From Bacteroidota bacterium (GTDB lineage Bacteria; Bacteroidota; Bacteroidia; AKYH767-A; OLB10): a stretch of DNA of 64,000 nucleotides. Within the stretch, counting starts at the first letter, position 1. The number at the start of each line of letters is the position of its first letter. Location of the stretch: positions 7,759-71,758 of the forward strand of contig JAHEYP010000018.1 in assembly GCA_023251535.1 (NCBI GenBank), in the 5' to 3' direction. The position numbers and the translations under genes are program-made. Positions 28,501 to 36,686 of this stretch are shown here, piece by piece. The notes below the pieces were generated by a model, which was not told the origin of the DNA, did no database searches, and was given only the letters and a program-made list of their open reading frames with translations.

Positions 28501-29080
28501 CAACACAAACGAAAGCAATAGGAATATTTGAGAATGAAGGTGAACTATTACCTTGAGCAAGGATATTGTTCAACGTTGCTTCGATATACAAAACCGAATT
28601 CGATGCACAAGGGTTGCTAATTGTGGTAATAGAACAGTTACGGCAGCAAATGCTGTAGCTGAATACCCAATCTGCTCTTTGTGACGGTAGCGTTACTGTT
28701 CCTCTGTAAATCCATTTTCGAATACCGGTTGTTGTTCCTCCATTACATGTGGAATTCGAGCTAACACAAGGCACAGTGATTTCTACACCGTTGCCTGATG
28801 CAACTTTAGTACATGTAACATTGAAATTTGAACTTCCGGATACGGATTTGCAATTGACAGTAATATCTGCAGGTTCTGCAACACCGCCGCAGTCTCTGTA
28901 AAATGTTACTTCAATTTCATACTGATTTCCTCCCAGAGACCGGTACTTAATGTCAGATCCTGCCGCATGTGTGGCGAAGGCTTTTTGCTGCCCTAAGAGC
29001 GCTAGGGAAATGAAAAATGCCACAAAAAACAGAATTCTGCTTGTTGGGAATTGTAACGAATGTCTCATACTTCTACGCAT
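22595..29080 (-). CDS. Giant SprB-repeat cell-surface adhesin (2161 aa) with a T9SS type-B (gliding motility-associated / CHU_C) C-terminal domain
   Basis: Signal peptide, then a roughly 360-aa Cys-rich N-terminal domain. About 20 tandem 75-aa repeats follow, of the form [51 protein letters not shown]. Two PKD-like modules come next. The C-terminus ...[39 protein letters not shown]...NGTYYFILN... matches the type-B CTD. Confidence 0.85.
   Translation of the reverse strand: [2161 protein letters not shown]
23440..27900 (-). repeat. In-frame tandem array of about 20 SprB-type repeats of roughly 225 nt
   Basis: Periodic recurrence of the YxVTVTDxNGC and [10 protein letters not shown] motifs. 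Confidence 0.8.
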
Positions 29081-29208
29081 GATTAGTGAGTTTAGATGTT
29101 GGTTTTGTCAGACTTTTTGACTTCCCTTTATTCGTAAATCACTGAAAAACGTTACCTTTTTTGCTAAATATTATTTCTTTAATTAGATGTAACCTTCTAA
29201 AAAGAAAT

Positions 29209-29236
29209 CCCGTAAGAAGTCATGACTTCTTACGGG
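29209..29236 (-). terminator. Rho-independent terminator of the crtI-crtB transcript
   Basis: Perfect 12-bp stem cccgtaagaagt-catg-acttcttacggg. On the minus strand it is followed by a T-run (plus-strand aaaaag sits upstream of the hairpin). Confidence 0.75.
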
Positions 29237-29337
29237 ATAGTTGAGTAGTTTGTTTTCTTTTCGATAATTTTCTGTGTTTTTGTTTAGTGCAATATGCGCA
29301 CTGTTTTTAGTGGAAATTGCTCAAAAACACTCAAATC

Positions 29338-30171
29338 TTACAAATAGTTTAAGCGGAATTTAAACCAACTGGCAAATAAAAGTGCAAACTTTTCTTTGTT
29401 TGGAACTCTAACTCTGGCATGTTTGATGGAGCAAGCTGATTCTTTTTTTATCTTCTTAAGTAGTGCTTGATAGTAAATATATGCTACATAAACTCCAAAT
29501 CGTGCTTCAATTGGTAATCGTTTTATGCCTTCAAGCGCTTCTTTGAAGTCGTTCTCAATTTCTGCTTCAATTTCTTTTTTAGTGCTTTCGGTGAAGAAGT
29601 TAAAGTCAACTCCCGGGAAATAAACACGTCCTCTTTCCGAGAAATCACTTTTCATGTCGCGAAGGAAATTTACCTTTTGGAAGGCTGCTCCTAGCTTACG
29701 CGCAGGGTCTTTAAGTTCTTGATATGATTTTTCATCTCCGTTGCAGAACACCTTTAAACACATCAATCCAACCACTTCAGCCGATCCGTAGATGTATTCG
29801 TTATAGGCATGTGCGTTGTAGGTATTATTGTGAAGGTCCATTTCCATACTATGTAGAAATGCTTCAATCAACTCTTTATCGATGTTGTATTTATGCACAA
29901 CTAGTTGAAACGACTGCAAAACGGGATTTGTACTAATTCCTTCTTCAATTGCGAGGTAAGTATCCTTTTTAAAGCGTTCAAGCAGCTCAGCTTTATTGTA
30001 GTTGTGGAAACTGTCTACTATCTCGTCGGCTACTCTTACAAATCCGTAAATGGAATAGATAGGATCATGGAGCTTTTTGTGAAGAGTCCTGATGCCTATA
30101 GTAAAAGAGGTGCTATAGCTCGAGGTAATATAGCGACTTACCTTTAAGCTTACTTGATTAAATAATTCCAT
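29338..30171 (-). CDS. crtB: Phytoene synthase
   Basis: Squalene/phytoene synthase motifs YGFVRVADEIVD and ...GAAFQKVNFLRD... The start overlaps the crtI 3' end. Confidence 0.85.
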   Translation of the reverse strand: MELFNQVSLKVSRYITSSYSTSFTIGIRTLHKKLHDPIYSIYGFVRVADEIVDSFHNYNKAELLERFKKDTYLAIEEGISTNPVLQSFQLVVHKYNIDKELIEAFLHSMEMDLHNNTYNAHAYNEYIYGSAEVVGLMCLKVFCNGDEKSYQELKDPARKLGAAFQKVNFLRDMKSDFSERGRVYFPGVDFNFFTESTKKEIEAEIENDFKEALEGIKRLPIEARFGVYVAYIYYQALLKKIKKESACSIKHARVRVPNKEKFALLFASWFKFRLNYL

Positions 30172-31639
30172 CTTCCTGTAAAATTCTTTCGGTTACTAAT
30201 CGTGAACTGATAACTACAATGGGTAATCCGGTGCCTGGCACAGTGCTGGCACCCACATAATATAAGTTACTTAATTGTTCGTCTTTGTTTTTCGGACGAA
30301 ATCCTCCGATTTGATTTAATCCGTGGGCTAATCCTAATCCACTGCCTTTATACAAATTGAATTTGTCTTGCCAATCAATTGGGTTTAATACTGTTCTGCT
30401 GACCGTATTCGCTTTTATATCATACCCAACTCGTTTAGAAAGGTCTTCAATAATTGTGTCAGCCAGATTTTCACTGTCAGTCCAGTCTGGTTTGTATCTT
30501 AAATCAGGAACAGGACAAAGTATAAACAGATTTTCATGTCCTTCAGGAGCGCAAGCTGGATTAGAACGAGAGCTTACATTTACGTAGTAGTAAGGCTTAT
30601 TCGGACTAACTGATGTTTTGAAAATTGTATCTGCATAATCCTTGAAATTGTTACCGAGGAAATAATTATGATGATGCAAATTTTCAAGTTTTCCTTTAAC
30701 TCCTAAATAAATGGTGAAAGGAGCAAGGGTCCATTCAAGTTTGTCGAGTTTTTGGGGTGTAAACTCCTTACGATTTAATACTTGTCCACGGAAAGAAGCC
30801 GCATCGCCGTTGCAAACGATATGATCGCCGGTGAACTTTCTTCCTTCTTCGGATATGGCTGCCGTTAGTTTCCCGTTGGTTTCTTCGATGGCAGTAATGT
30901 TGGTGTTAAAGTGAAATTTAACCCCTCGTTGATCTAAAATCTTCTTGATTTCAGTTACGATCTTATACATGCCGCCCTCTACGTTCCAGTAACCATCGTG
31001 CTTTAACTCAGTGTAATTCAATAAACTATATACAGCAGGAGTTTGAAAAGGAGTGGAGCCTAGGAAGAAAGAAACCAAGGAAAAGATAACTTTCACTTCT
31101 TGTGAATCGAAGTTTCTTTCAAGTTCGCTCCACATCGATCGGAACATTTTCGGACCATGTTTCACGGGAACCTTTGTCAGTTGAAGCAAATAATCGAGCT
31201 TAGAACTGAAATTTCTATTAACTACAATATTTTCGGTATCGTGAAATAATTGTCCCGCTTCGTTAAGGTATTTTTCGGTTTTCTCAGCTAGTGATGACTC
31301 GATTCCTTTGAATTCATTCGCCAGCTTTTGAAGATCCTTATAAATCAAAAACGGCTTATCGCGATTTTCGAAGTGAACAGCATAAAGAGGGTTTAACTCT
31401 CTGATTTTAAGTGGGTTTTCAACTCCGCACGATTCGAAAAGCTCTTTAAATTCATAACTCATACTAAAGAAAGAAGGGCCTAAATCAAAAGAAAAACCAT
31501 CTTTTTCCATTAGATTTAATCGACCTCCTGCTTGATGATAGCGTTCAACCACTTCAACTTCATAACCCTTTGATGTCAAGCGTAATGCGGTAGCAAGAGC
31601 ACCCAAACCTGAACCGATAATTAAAACCTTCTTTTTCAT
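30158..31639 (-). CDS. crtI: Phytoene desaturase
   Basis: MKKKVLIIGSGLGALATALRL is an FAD/NAD Rossmann N-terminus. Amine-oxidase fold of about 490 aa. The C-terminus overlaps crtB by 14 nt. The ORF-track start at 31672 is probably too long. Confidence 0.85.
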   Translation of the reverse strand: MKKKVLIIGSGLGALATALRLTSKGYEVEVVERYHQAGGRLNLMEKDGFSFDLGPSFFSMSYEFKELFESCGVENPLKIRELNPLYAVHFENRDKPFLIYKDLQKLANEFKGIESSLAEKTEKYLNEAGQLFHDTENIVVNRNFSSKLDYLLQLTKVPVKHGPKMFRSMWSELERNFDSQEVKVIFSLVSFFLGSTPFQTPAVYSLLNYTELKHDGYWNVEGGMYKIVTEIKKILDQRGVKFHFNTNITAIEETNGKLTAAISEEGRKFTGDHIVCNGDAASFRGQVLNRKEFTPQKLDKLEWTLAPFTIYLGVKGKLENLHHHNYFLGNNFKDYADTIFKTSVSPNKPYYYVNVSSRSNPACAPEGHENLFILCPVPDLRYKPDWTDSENLADTIIEDLSKRVGYDIKANTVSRTVLNPIDWQDKFNLYKGSGLGLAHGLNQIGGFRPKNKDEQLSNLYYVGASTVPGTGLPIVVISSRLVTERILQEDGII

Positions 31640-31736
31640 AGTAATCGAAAGGATAACAGTCGAATACACCATATTGTTTAGGCTTGTTTAAAAAAAGCAA
31701 ACAAAAAGTTAAACAGATGCTGATTTTCAATGAGTT

Positions 31737-31749
31737 TTGTCAATGACAA
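31737..31749. promoter_or_regulatory. 13-bp perfect palindrome TTGTCAaTGACAA upstream of crtI, in the divergent crtI/nuoA region
   Basis: Read from the sequence. It lies about 90 bp upstream of the crtI start on the minus strand. Confidence 0.3.
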
Positions 31750-32008
31750 TGTTCAGTAAAATATCTGCGATTTAATTACCCGATTTTGTTGTTTTGTATA
31801 GATTTGAATGACAGCTTTTTAGGGAAGCATCTTGAGTGATTTTCAGACTATAAATTGTACAAAAAACGGATAAAGTGATACCCTCTTTTGTTTTAAGCGA
31901 AAATCCCCTCGTATTTACTGTTTTGGCATCTAAAAAAGCGTAATTTCGCACACGCAACCGGTAACTATTCTTCATTTGAGTTGTTACCTCTTCTCAAAAC
32001 ATTAAAAA

Positions 32009-32389
32009 ATGGTATTACTAAGTACTCCAGTCGATTACCTTCCAATAGCAATGATGTTTGTTGTGGCAATCGGTTTCGTTTTGTTTGTGATGTTCGCAAC
32101 ACATTGGATGGGTCCGAAGCACAAATCGAAAGTGAAGTTAGAAGCATTTGAGTGCGGAATTGAGTCGAAAGGCAATTCCCGTTTACCTTTCTCCATTAAA
32201 TATTTCCTCATTGCAATCTTGTTTGTTTTATTTGATGTGGAGGTAATCTTTATGTACCCTTGGGCAGTGAATTTTGCCGAGTGGAGCAAGCATGGCTTAG
32301 CTGCTTTCGGCGAAATGTTAGTGTTCCTAGGATTATTAGTATTCGGTTTAATTTACATCATTCGTAAAGGTGCCCTTAAGTGGGAGTAA
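32009..32389 (+). CDS. nuoA: NADH-quinone oxidoreductase subunit A
   Basis: 126 aa with three TM helices and the conserved EAFECGIES motif. Confidence 0.92.
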   Translation: MVLLSTPVDYLPIAMMFVVAIGFVLFVMFATHWMGPKHKSKVKLEAFECGIESKGNSRLPFSIKYFLIAILFVLFDVEVIFMYPWAVNFAEWSKHGLAAFGEMLVFLGLLVFGLIYIIRKGALKWE

Positions 32390-32411
32390 TATTGCTGATA
32401 TTCGAAAAGAT

Positions 32412-32948
32412 ATGTCACAAAAAGTTGAAAAATTAGATGGATTTGAAGGGCCGGGTTTTCTGGCTACTTCCCTCGATAAGGCCGTAGGATTAGCGCGTAA
32501 AAATTCGCTTTGGCCATTGCCATTCGCTACTTCATGCTGCGGAATTGAGTTCATGGCTACTATGGCATCTACATACGATTTAGGTCGTTTTGGTGCTGAG
32601 CGTTTGAGCTTCTCTCCTCGTCAAGCTGATTTGTTGATGGTGATGGGAACTATCTCTAAGAAGATGGGTCCAGTTTTGCGTCAGGTGTACGAGCAAATGG
32701 CTGAGCCGAAATGGGTGTTAGCTGTTGGTGCTTGTGCAACTACGGGTGGGATTTTCGATACTTATAGCGTGTTGCAAGGAATCGATCGTATCATCCCTGT
32801 TGATGTTTACGTGCCTGGTTGTCCTCCTCGTCCCGAGCAAATCTTAGACGGCGTATTGAAGATTCAGGAGCTTGTGCAAAATGAATCTCGTCGCAGAAGA
32901 GAGTCGCCTGAGTACTTGGAATTACTTGCTTCTTACGGAATTGAATAG
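32412..32948 (+). CDS. nuoB: NADH-quinone oxidoreductase subunit B
   Basis: CCGIEFMA...GACATTGG...YVPGCPPRPE N2 cluster ligands. ATG 32412 is preferred. The ORF-track start at 32370 overlaps nuoA. Confidence 0.92.
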   Translation: MSQKVEKLDGFEGPGFLATSLDKAVGLARKNSLWPLPFATSCCGIEFMATMASTYDLGRFGAERLSFSPRQADLLMVMGTISKKMGPVLRQVYEQMAEPKWVLAVGACATTGGIFDTYSVLQGIDRIIPVDVYVPGCPPRPEQILDGVLKIQELVQNESRRRRESPEYLELLASYGIE

Positions 32949-32969
32949 TGTAATTCAGGAATAGAAAAA

Positions 32970-33479
32970 TTGACTATGTCGAATATTACAGCAGAGTTGG
33001 CAATTGAAAAACTGAATAATCAGTTCGGTGATCAAATTATTTCTTCGGAGATGCTTTATGATTTTTTAACGGTTACCGTTGCCAGGAAAAGTGTGAAAGA
33101 TGTGATTAAGTTTTTGCATGATGATGCAGAGCTGAATTGTCATTTTTTAACTACGATGTGCGGATTGCATTACCCTGATCAAGCGGAGCAATTCGGAATG
33201 ATGTATCAACTACATAATATGGTTGCGAATTTCAGAATCAGAATCAAGACGTTTACCTCTGATGCAGAGCCTGCATTCGAAACACTAACTGATATATGGC
33301 CTTCGGCGAATTGGATGGAGCGTGAAGCTTATGATTTCTTCGGATTTCGTTTTCACGGACATCCTAAAATGAAAAGAATTCTGAATATGGATTCTTTGGA
33401 AGGTTGGCCGCTGAGAAAAGAATTCCCTCTTGAAGATCCTTTCCGTGCCGATAAGGATGATAAAATGTTCGGTCGTTAA
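32970..33479 (+). CDS. nuoC: NADH-quinone oxidoreductase subunit C (30 kDa)
   Basis: ERE(A/V)YDFFG motif (MEREAYDFFGFRFHGHP), 169 aa, separate from nuoD. Confidence 0.9.
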   Translation: MTMSNITAELAIEKLNNQFGDQIISSEMLYDFLTVTVARKSVKDVIKFLHDDAELNCHFLTTMCGLHYPDQAEQFGMMYQLHNMVANFRIRIKTFTSDAEPAFETLTDIWPSANWMEREAYDFFGFRFHGHPKMKRILNMDSLEGWPLRKEFPLEDPFRADKDDKMFGR

Positions 33480-33502
33480 TCAGCTTCATTACAGAAGACA
33501 AC

Positions 33503-34711
33503 ATGAATTCAACTACAAATGAAATTATAAAAGAGAAGGAGTATACTACTCTGAATCTTGGTCCTACACACCCTGCAACGCATGGTATTTTTCAGAATGT
33601 AATGAAGATGGATGGTGAGCTGATTGTTGAAGCTGAACCTACCATCGGTTATATTCATAGGGCATTCGAGAAATTGGCAGAACGTCGCCCTTTCTCGCAA
33701 ATAACTCCGATCACTGATCGTATGAATTATTGCTCATCTCCTATTAATAATATGGGATGGCATATGACAGCAGAGAAATTAGCAGGCATCGAAATTCCGA
33801 AGCGTGTTCAGTATCTCCGTGTAATCATCATGGAATTATCGCGTATCGCCGATCATATTATTTGTAATTCGGTAATTGGGGTAGATAGCGGAGCAATGAC
33901 AGGGTTCCTTTATGTGTTCCAATGGAGAGAGGATATCTATGAGATTTTTGAAGAGTTATGCGGTGCACGTTTAACTACTAACATCGGGCGTATCGGTGGA
34001 CTAGAACGCGATTTTTCGCAGAAAGCTTGGTTGAAGATCGAACGATTGTTGAAAGATCTTCCAGGCGGATTAAAAGAATTTGAAAACCTGTTGGTGCGTA
34101 ATCGCATTTTCATGGATCGTACTATAAAATGTGGACCAATTTCAGCAGACCGCGCGCTAGCTTACGGATTTACTGGTCCGAATTTAAGAGCTGCCGGAGT
34201 TGATTATGATGTTCGTGTTATGAATCCATATTCTTCTTACCAAGATTTCGATTTCATTGTTCCTATCGGAACGAATGGCGATACTTACGACCGATTTATG
34301 GTTCGTGAAAATGAAATGTGGCAAAGTATGAGTATCATCAAACAAGCAATGGAAAAATTAGATCGTCTCGATGATAAAACATCCTTCCATGCTGAAGTTC
34401 CTGAGTATTTCTTGCCTGAAAAAGACGAAGTGTATAATACAATGGAAGGCCTTATCTGGCATTTCAAAATTATTATGGGAGAAACACAAATGCCGAAAGG
34501 AGAAGTGTACCATAGTGTTGAAGGTGGAAATGGTGAGTTAGGATTTTATTTAGTGAGCGATGGCGGAAGAACACCTTACCGTTTGCATTTCCGTCGCCCT
34601 TGCTTCATATATTATCAAGCATATCCTGAAATGGTGAAAGGCGCATTCTTAAGTGATGCTATCTTAACCATGAGTTCAATGAATGTAATTGCGGGTGAGT
34701 TAGACGCGTAA
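33503..34711 (+). CDS. nuoD: NADH-quinone oxidoreductase subunit D (49 kDa)
   Basis: NLGPTHPATHGIF near the N-terminus and the conserved C-terminal HFRRP... Confidence 0.92.
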   Translation: MNSTTNEIIKEKEYTTLNLGPTHPATHGIFQNVMKMDGELIVEAEPTIGYIHRAFEKLAERRPFSQITPITDRMNYCSSPINNMGWHMTAEKLAGIEIPKRVQYLRVIIMELSRIADHIICNSVIGVDSGAMTGFLYVFQWREDIYEIFEELCGARLTTNIGRIGGLERDFSQKAWLKIERLLKDLPGGLKEFENLLVRNRIFMDRTIKCGPISADRALAYGFTGPNLRAAGVDYDVRVMNPYSSYQDFDFIVPIGTNGDTYDRFMVRENEMWQSMSIIKQAMEKLDRLDDKTSFHAEVPEYFLPEKDEVYNTMEGLIWHFKIIMGETQMPKGEVYHSVEGGNGELGFYLVSDGGRTPYRLHFRRPCFIYYQAYPEMVKGAFLSDAILTMSSMNVIAGELDA

Positions 34712-34746
34712 GTATTAATAGAGTTTTAATAGAAAAAGATTATTCT

Positions 34747-35292
34747 ATGAGTGCAGATAAAGAAATAAAGTTCAGCGATGATGCGTATGCATTGGTGCAG
34801 AAAATTATAAAACGTTATCCTGAGGGGAAACAGAAGTCGGCTTTGATTCCAGTATTGCATGTTGCGCAAGCGGAGTTCAACGGATGGCTTAGTGCACCTG
34901 TGATGGATTATGTAGCTTCTTTGTTAAATATTACTTCCATCGAAGTATATGAAGTAGCCTCATTCTATACAATGTTTAACTTGAAGCCTGTAGGTAAGTG
35001 CGTAATTGAAGTTTGTCGCACTGGTCCTTGTTGGTTGATGGGAGCAGAAGATTTAGTGAAGTACCTCGAGAAAAAGTTAGACATTAAAGAAGGTCAAACA
35101 ACAGCCGACGGAATGTTTACTTTGAAAACTGCTGAGTGCTTAGCGTCGTGCGGAACAGCGCCGATGATGCAAATAGGAGAGAAGTACCACGAGAATTTAA
35201 CACTTAATAAAGTTGATCAAATTCTTGATGAGTGCAGAGCTACAGTTATTGAACCAATTTCACATTGGTCGAAAAAAGAAATTAAAGCATAA
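34747..35292 (+). CDS. nuoE: NADH-quinone oxidoreductase subunit E (24 kDa, 2Fe-2S)
   Basis: Thioredoxin-like fold with cluster ligands C...C....C...C (VCRTGPCWLMGAED...CLASCGTAP). Confidence 0.9.
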   Translation: MSADKEIKFSDDAYALVQKIIKRYPEGKQKSALIPVLHVAQAEFNGWLSAPVMDYVASLLNITSIEVYEVASFYTMFNLKPVGKCVIEVCRTGPCWLMGAEDLVKYLEKKLDIKEGQTTADGMFTLKTAECLASCGTAPMMQIGEKYHENLTLNKVDQILDECRATVIEPISHWSKKEIKA

Positions 35293-35327
35293 TTAATATC
35301 CTTTGAAAAAGGAATTAATCGTTTGAT

Positions 35328-36674
35328 ATGGGACGTAAATTACTAACCGAAAATATAAATGTACCAGGCATTCAAAGTCTGAGTGTATATCGTCAACAAG
35401 GCGGATACGAGACTTTGAAGAAAGCGTTGGGCATGACATCTGATGCGATCGTTGAAGAGGTGAAAAAATCCGGACTTCGTGGTCGTGGTGGTGCAGGTTT
35501 CCCTACGGGAATGAAATGGAGTTTCTTGGCAAAGCCGGAAGGTGTGCCTCGTCACTTGGTGTGTAATGCCGATGAGTCGGAGCCAGGAACTTTTAAAGAT
35601 CGCTACATGATGGAGCGTATTCCTCATCTTCTTATCGAAGGTATGGCCATCGGAAGTTTTGCATTAGGTGCGCATTCTTCGTATATCTATATTCGAGGTG
35701 AAATGATGTATGTTTTTCATATTCTTCAACGTGCAATCGATGAAGCTTATGAAGCAGGATTGCTCGGAAAAAATATCATGGGCAGCGGATACGATTTCGA
35801 TCTTTATGTTCATTGTGGTGCTGGTGCTTATATCTGCGGAGAAGAAACTGCATTAATCGAATCGCTAGAGGGAAAACGTGGTAATCCGCGTATCAAACCT
35901 CCATTCCCTGCTATCAAAGGTTTATGGGAGCGTCCTACCGTAGTGAATAACGTTGAAAGTATCATGGCCGTAGTTCCTATTATCAAAATGGGCGGTGATG
36001 AGTATGCTAAAATCGGTATCGGAAAAAGTACAGGCACTAAATTGATTTCTGCCTGCGGACATATTAATAAACCCGGCGTGTATGAAATCGAATTAGGAGT
36101 TCCTGTTGAAGAGTTTATTTATTCAGATGAATATTGCGGTGGTATTCGCAACGGAAAAGAATTGAAAGCAGTTGTTGCTGGAGGTTCTTCTGTTCCTGTA
36201 TTGCCGAAAGATTTAATATTAAAGTTAGCAAACGGTGAACCGCGTTTGATGTCGTACGAATCGTTGTCGGAAGGCGGATTTGCTACGGGAACAATGTTAG
36301 GTTCTGGAGGATTTATTGTGATGGATGAAGATACCAGCATCGTAAAAAATCTGTGGACATTCACTCGTTTCTATCACCATGAAAGTTGCGGACAATGTAG
36401 CCCTTGTCGCGAAGGTACAGGATGGATGGAGAAATTACTCCATAAAATCCTCGACGGACATGGAACATTATCTGATGTGGATTTACTATGGGAAATTCAG
36501 TCGAAGATCGAAGGAAAAACTATTTGTCCGTTAGGTGATGCAGCAGCATGGCCTGTGGCAAGTGCAATTCGTCACTTCCGTCATGAGTTCGAAGAGTATG
36601 TGAAGAATCCGCAAAACATAAAAAAAGATCATCATTACTATCGTGTGAATAATATTTCACCGGAGTTTGCATAA
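35328..36674 (+). CDS. nuoF: NADH-quinone oxidoreductase subunit F (51 kDa, FMN/NADH site)
   Basis: GRGGAGFPTGMKW FMN motif and a C-terminal 4Fe-4S motif ESCGQCSPCREG. Confidence 0.93.
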   Translation: MGRKLLTENINVPGIQSLSVYRQQGGYETLKKALGMTSDAIVEEVKKSGLRGRGGAGFPTGMKWSFLAKPEGVPRHLVCNADESEPGTFKDRYMMERIPHLLIEGMAIGSFALGAHSSYIYIRGEMMYVFHILQRAIDEAYEAGLLGKNIMGSGYDFDLYVHCGAGAYICGEETALIESLEGKRGNPRIKPPFPAIKGLWERPTVVNNVESIMAVVPIIKMGGDEYAKIGIGKSTGTKLISACGHINKPGVYEIELGVPVEEFIYSDEYCGGIRNGKELKAVVAGGSSVPVLPKDLILKLANGEPRLMSYESLSEGGFATGTMLGSGGFIVMDEDTSIVKNLWTFTRFYHHESCGQCSPCREGTGWMEKLLHKILDGHGTLSDVDLLWEIQSKIEGKTICPLGDAAAWPVASAIRHFRHEFEEYVKNPQNIKKDHHYYRVNNISPEFA

Positions 36675-36686
36675 GAATTAAGCAGT

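Noticed and set aside
22595-29080. Short antisense or alternative-frame ORFs inside the giant adhesin genes, for example 23221-23424, 23428-23616, 27021-27284, 47773-47976, 47811-48014 and 50677-50925
   Set aside because: They are low-complexity Q/L/V-rich translations of the periodic GTT/ACT/GCA codon repeats on the opposite strand or in a shifted frame. They are fully contained in long, well-supported ORFs and are not independent genes.
31680-32008. Small ORFs 31772-31975 (-) and 31965-32147 (-), and ORFs antisense to nuoA/nuoB such as 32035-32289 (-) and 32348-32554 (-)
   Set aside because: They lie in or around the divergent crtI/nuoA promoter region or antisense to nuoA/nuoB. They have no motifs and atypical composition, and the region is more likely regulatory.
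32370-32411. The longer nuoB N-terminus overlapping nuoA by 20 nt
   Set aside because: NuoB homologues begin near MSQKVEKLDGFEG. The upstream extension (MPLSGSNIADIRKD) has no counterpart in NuoB homologues.
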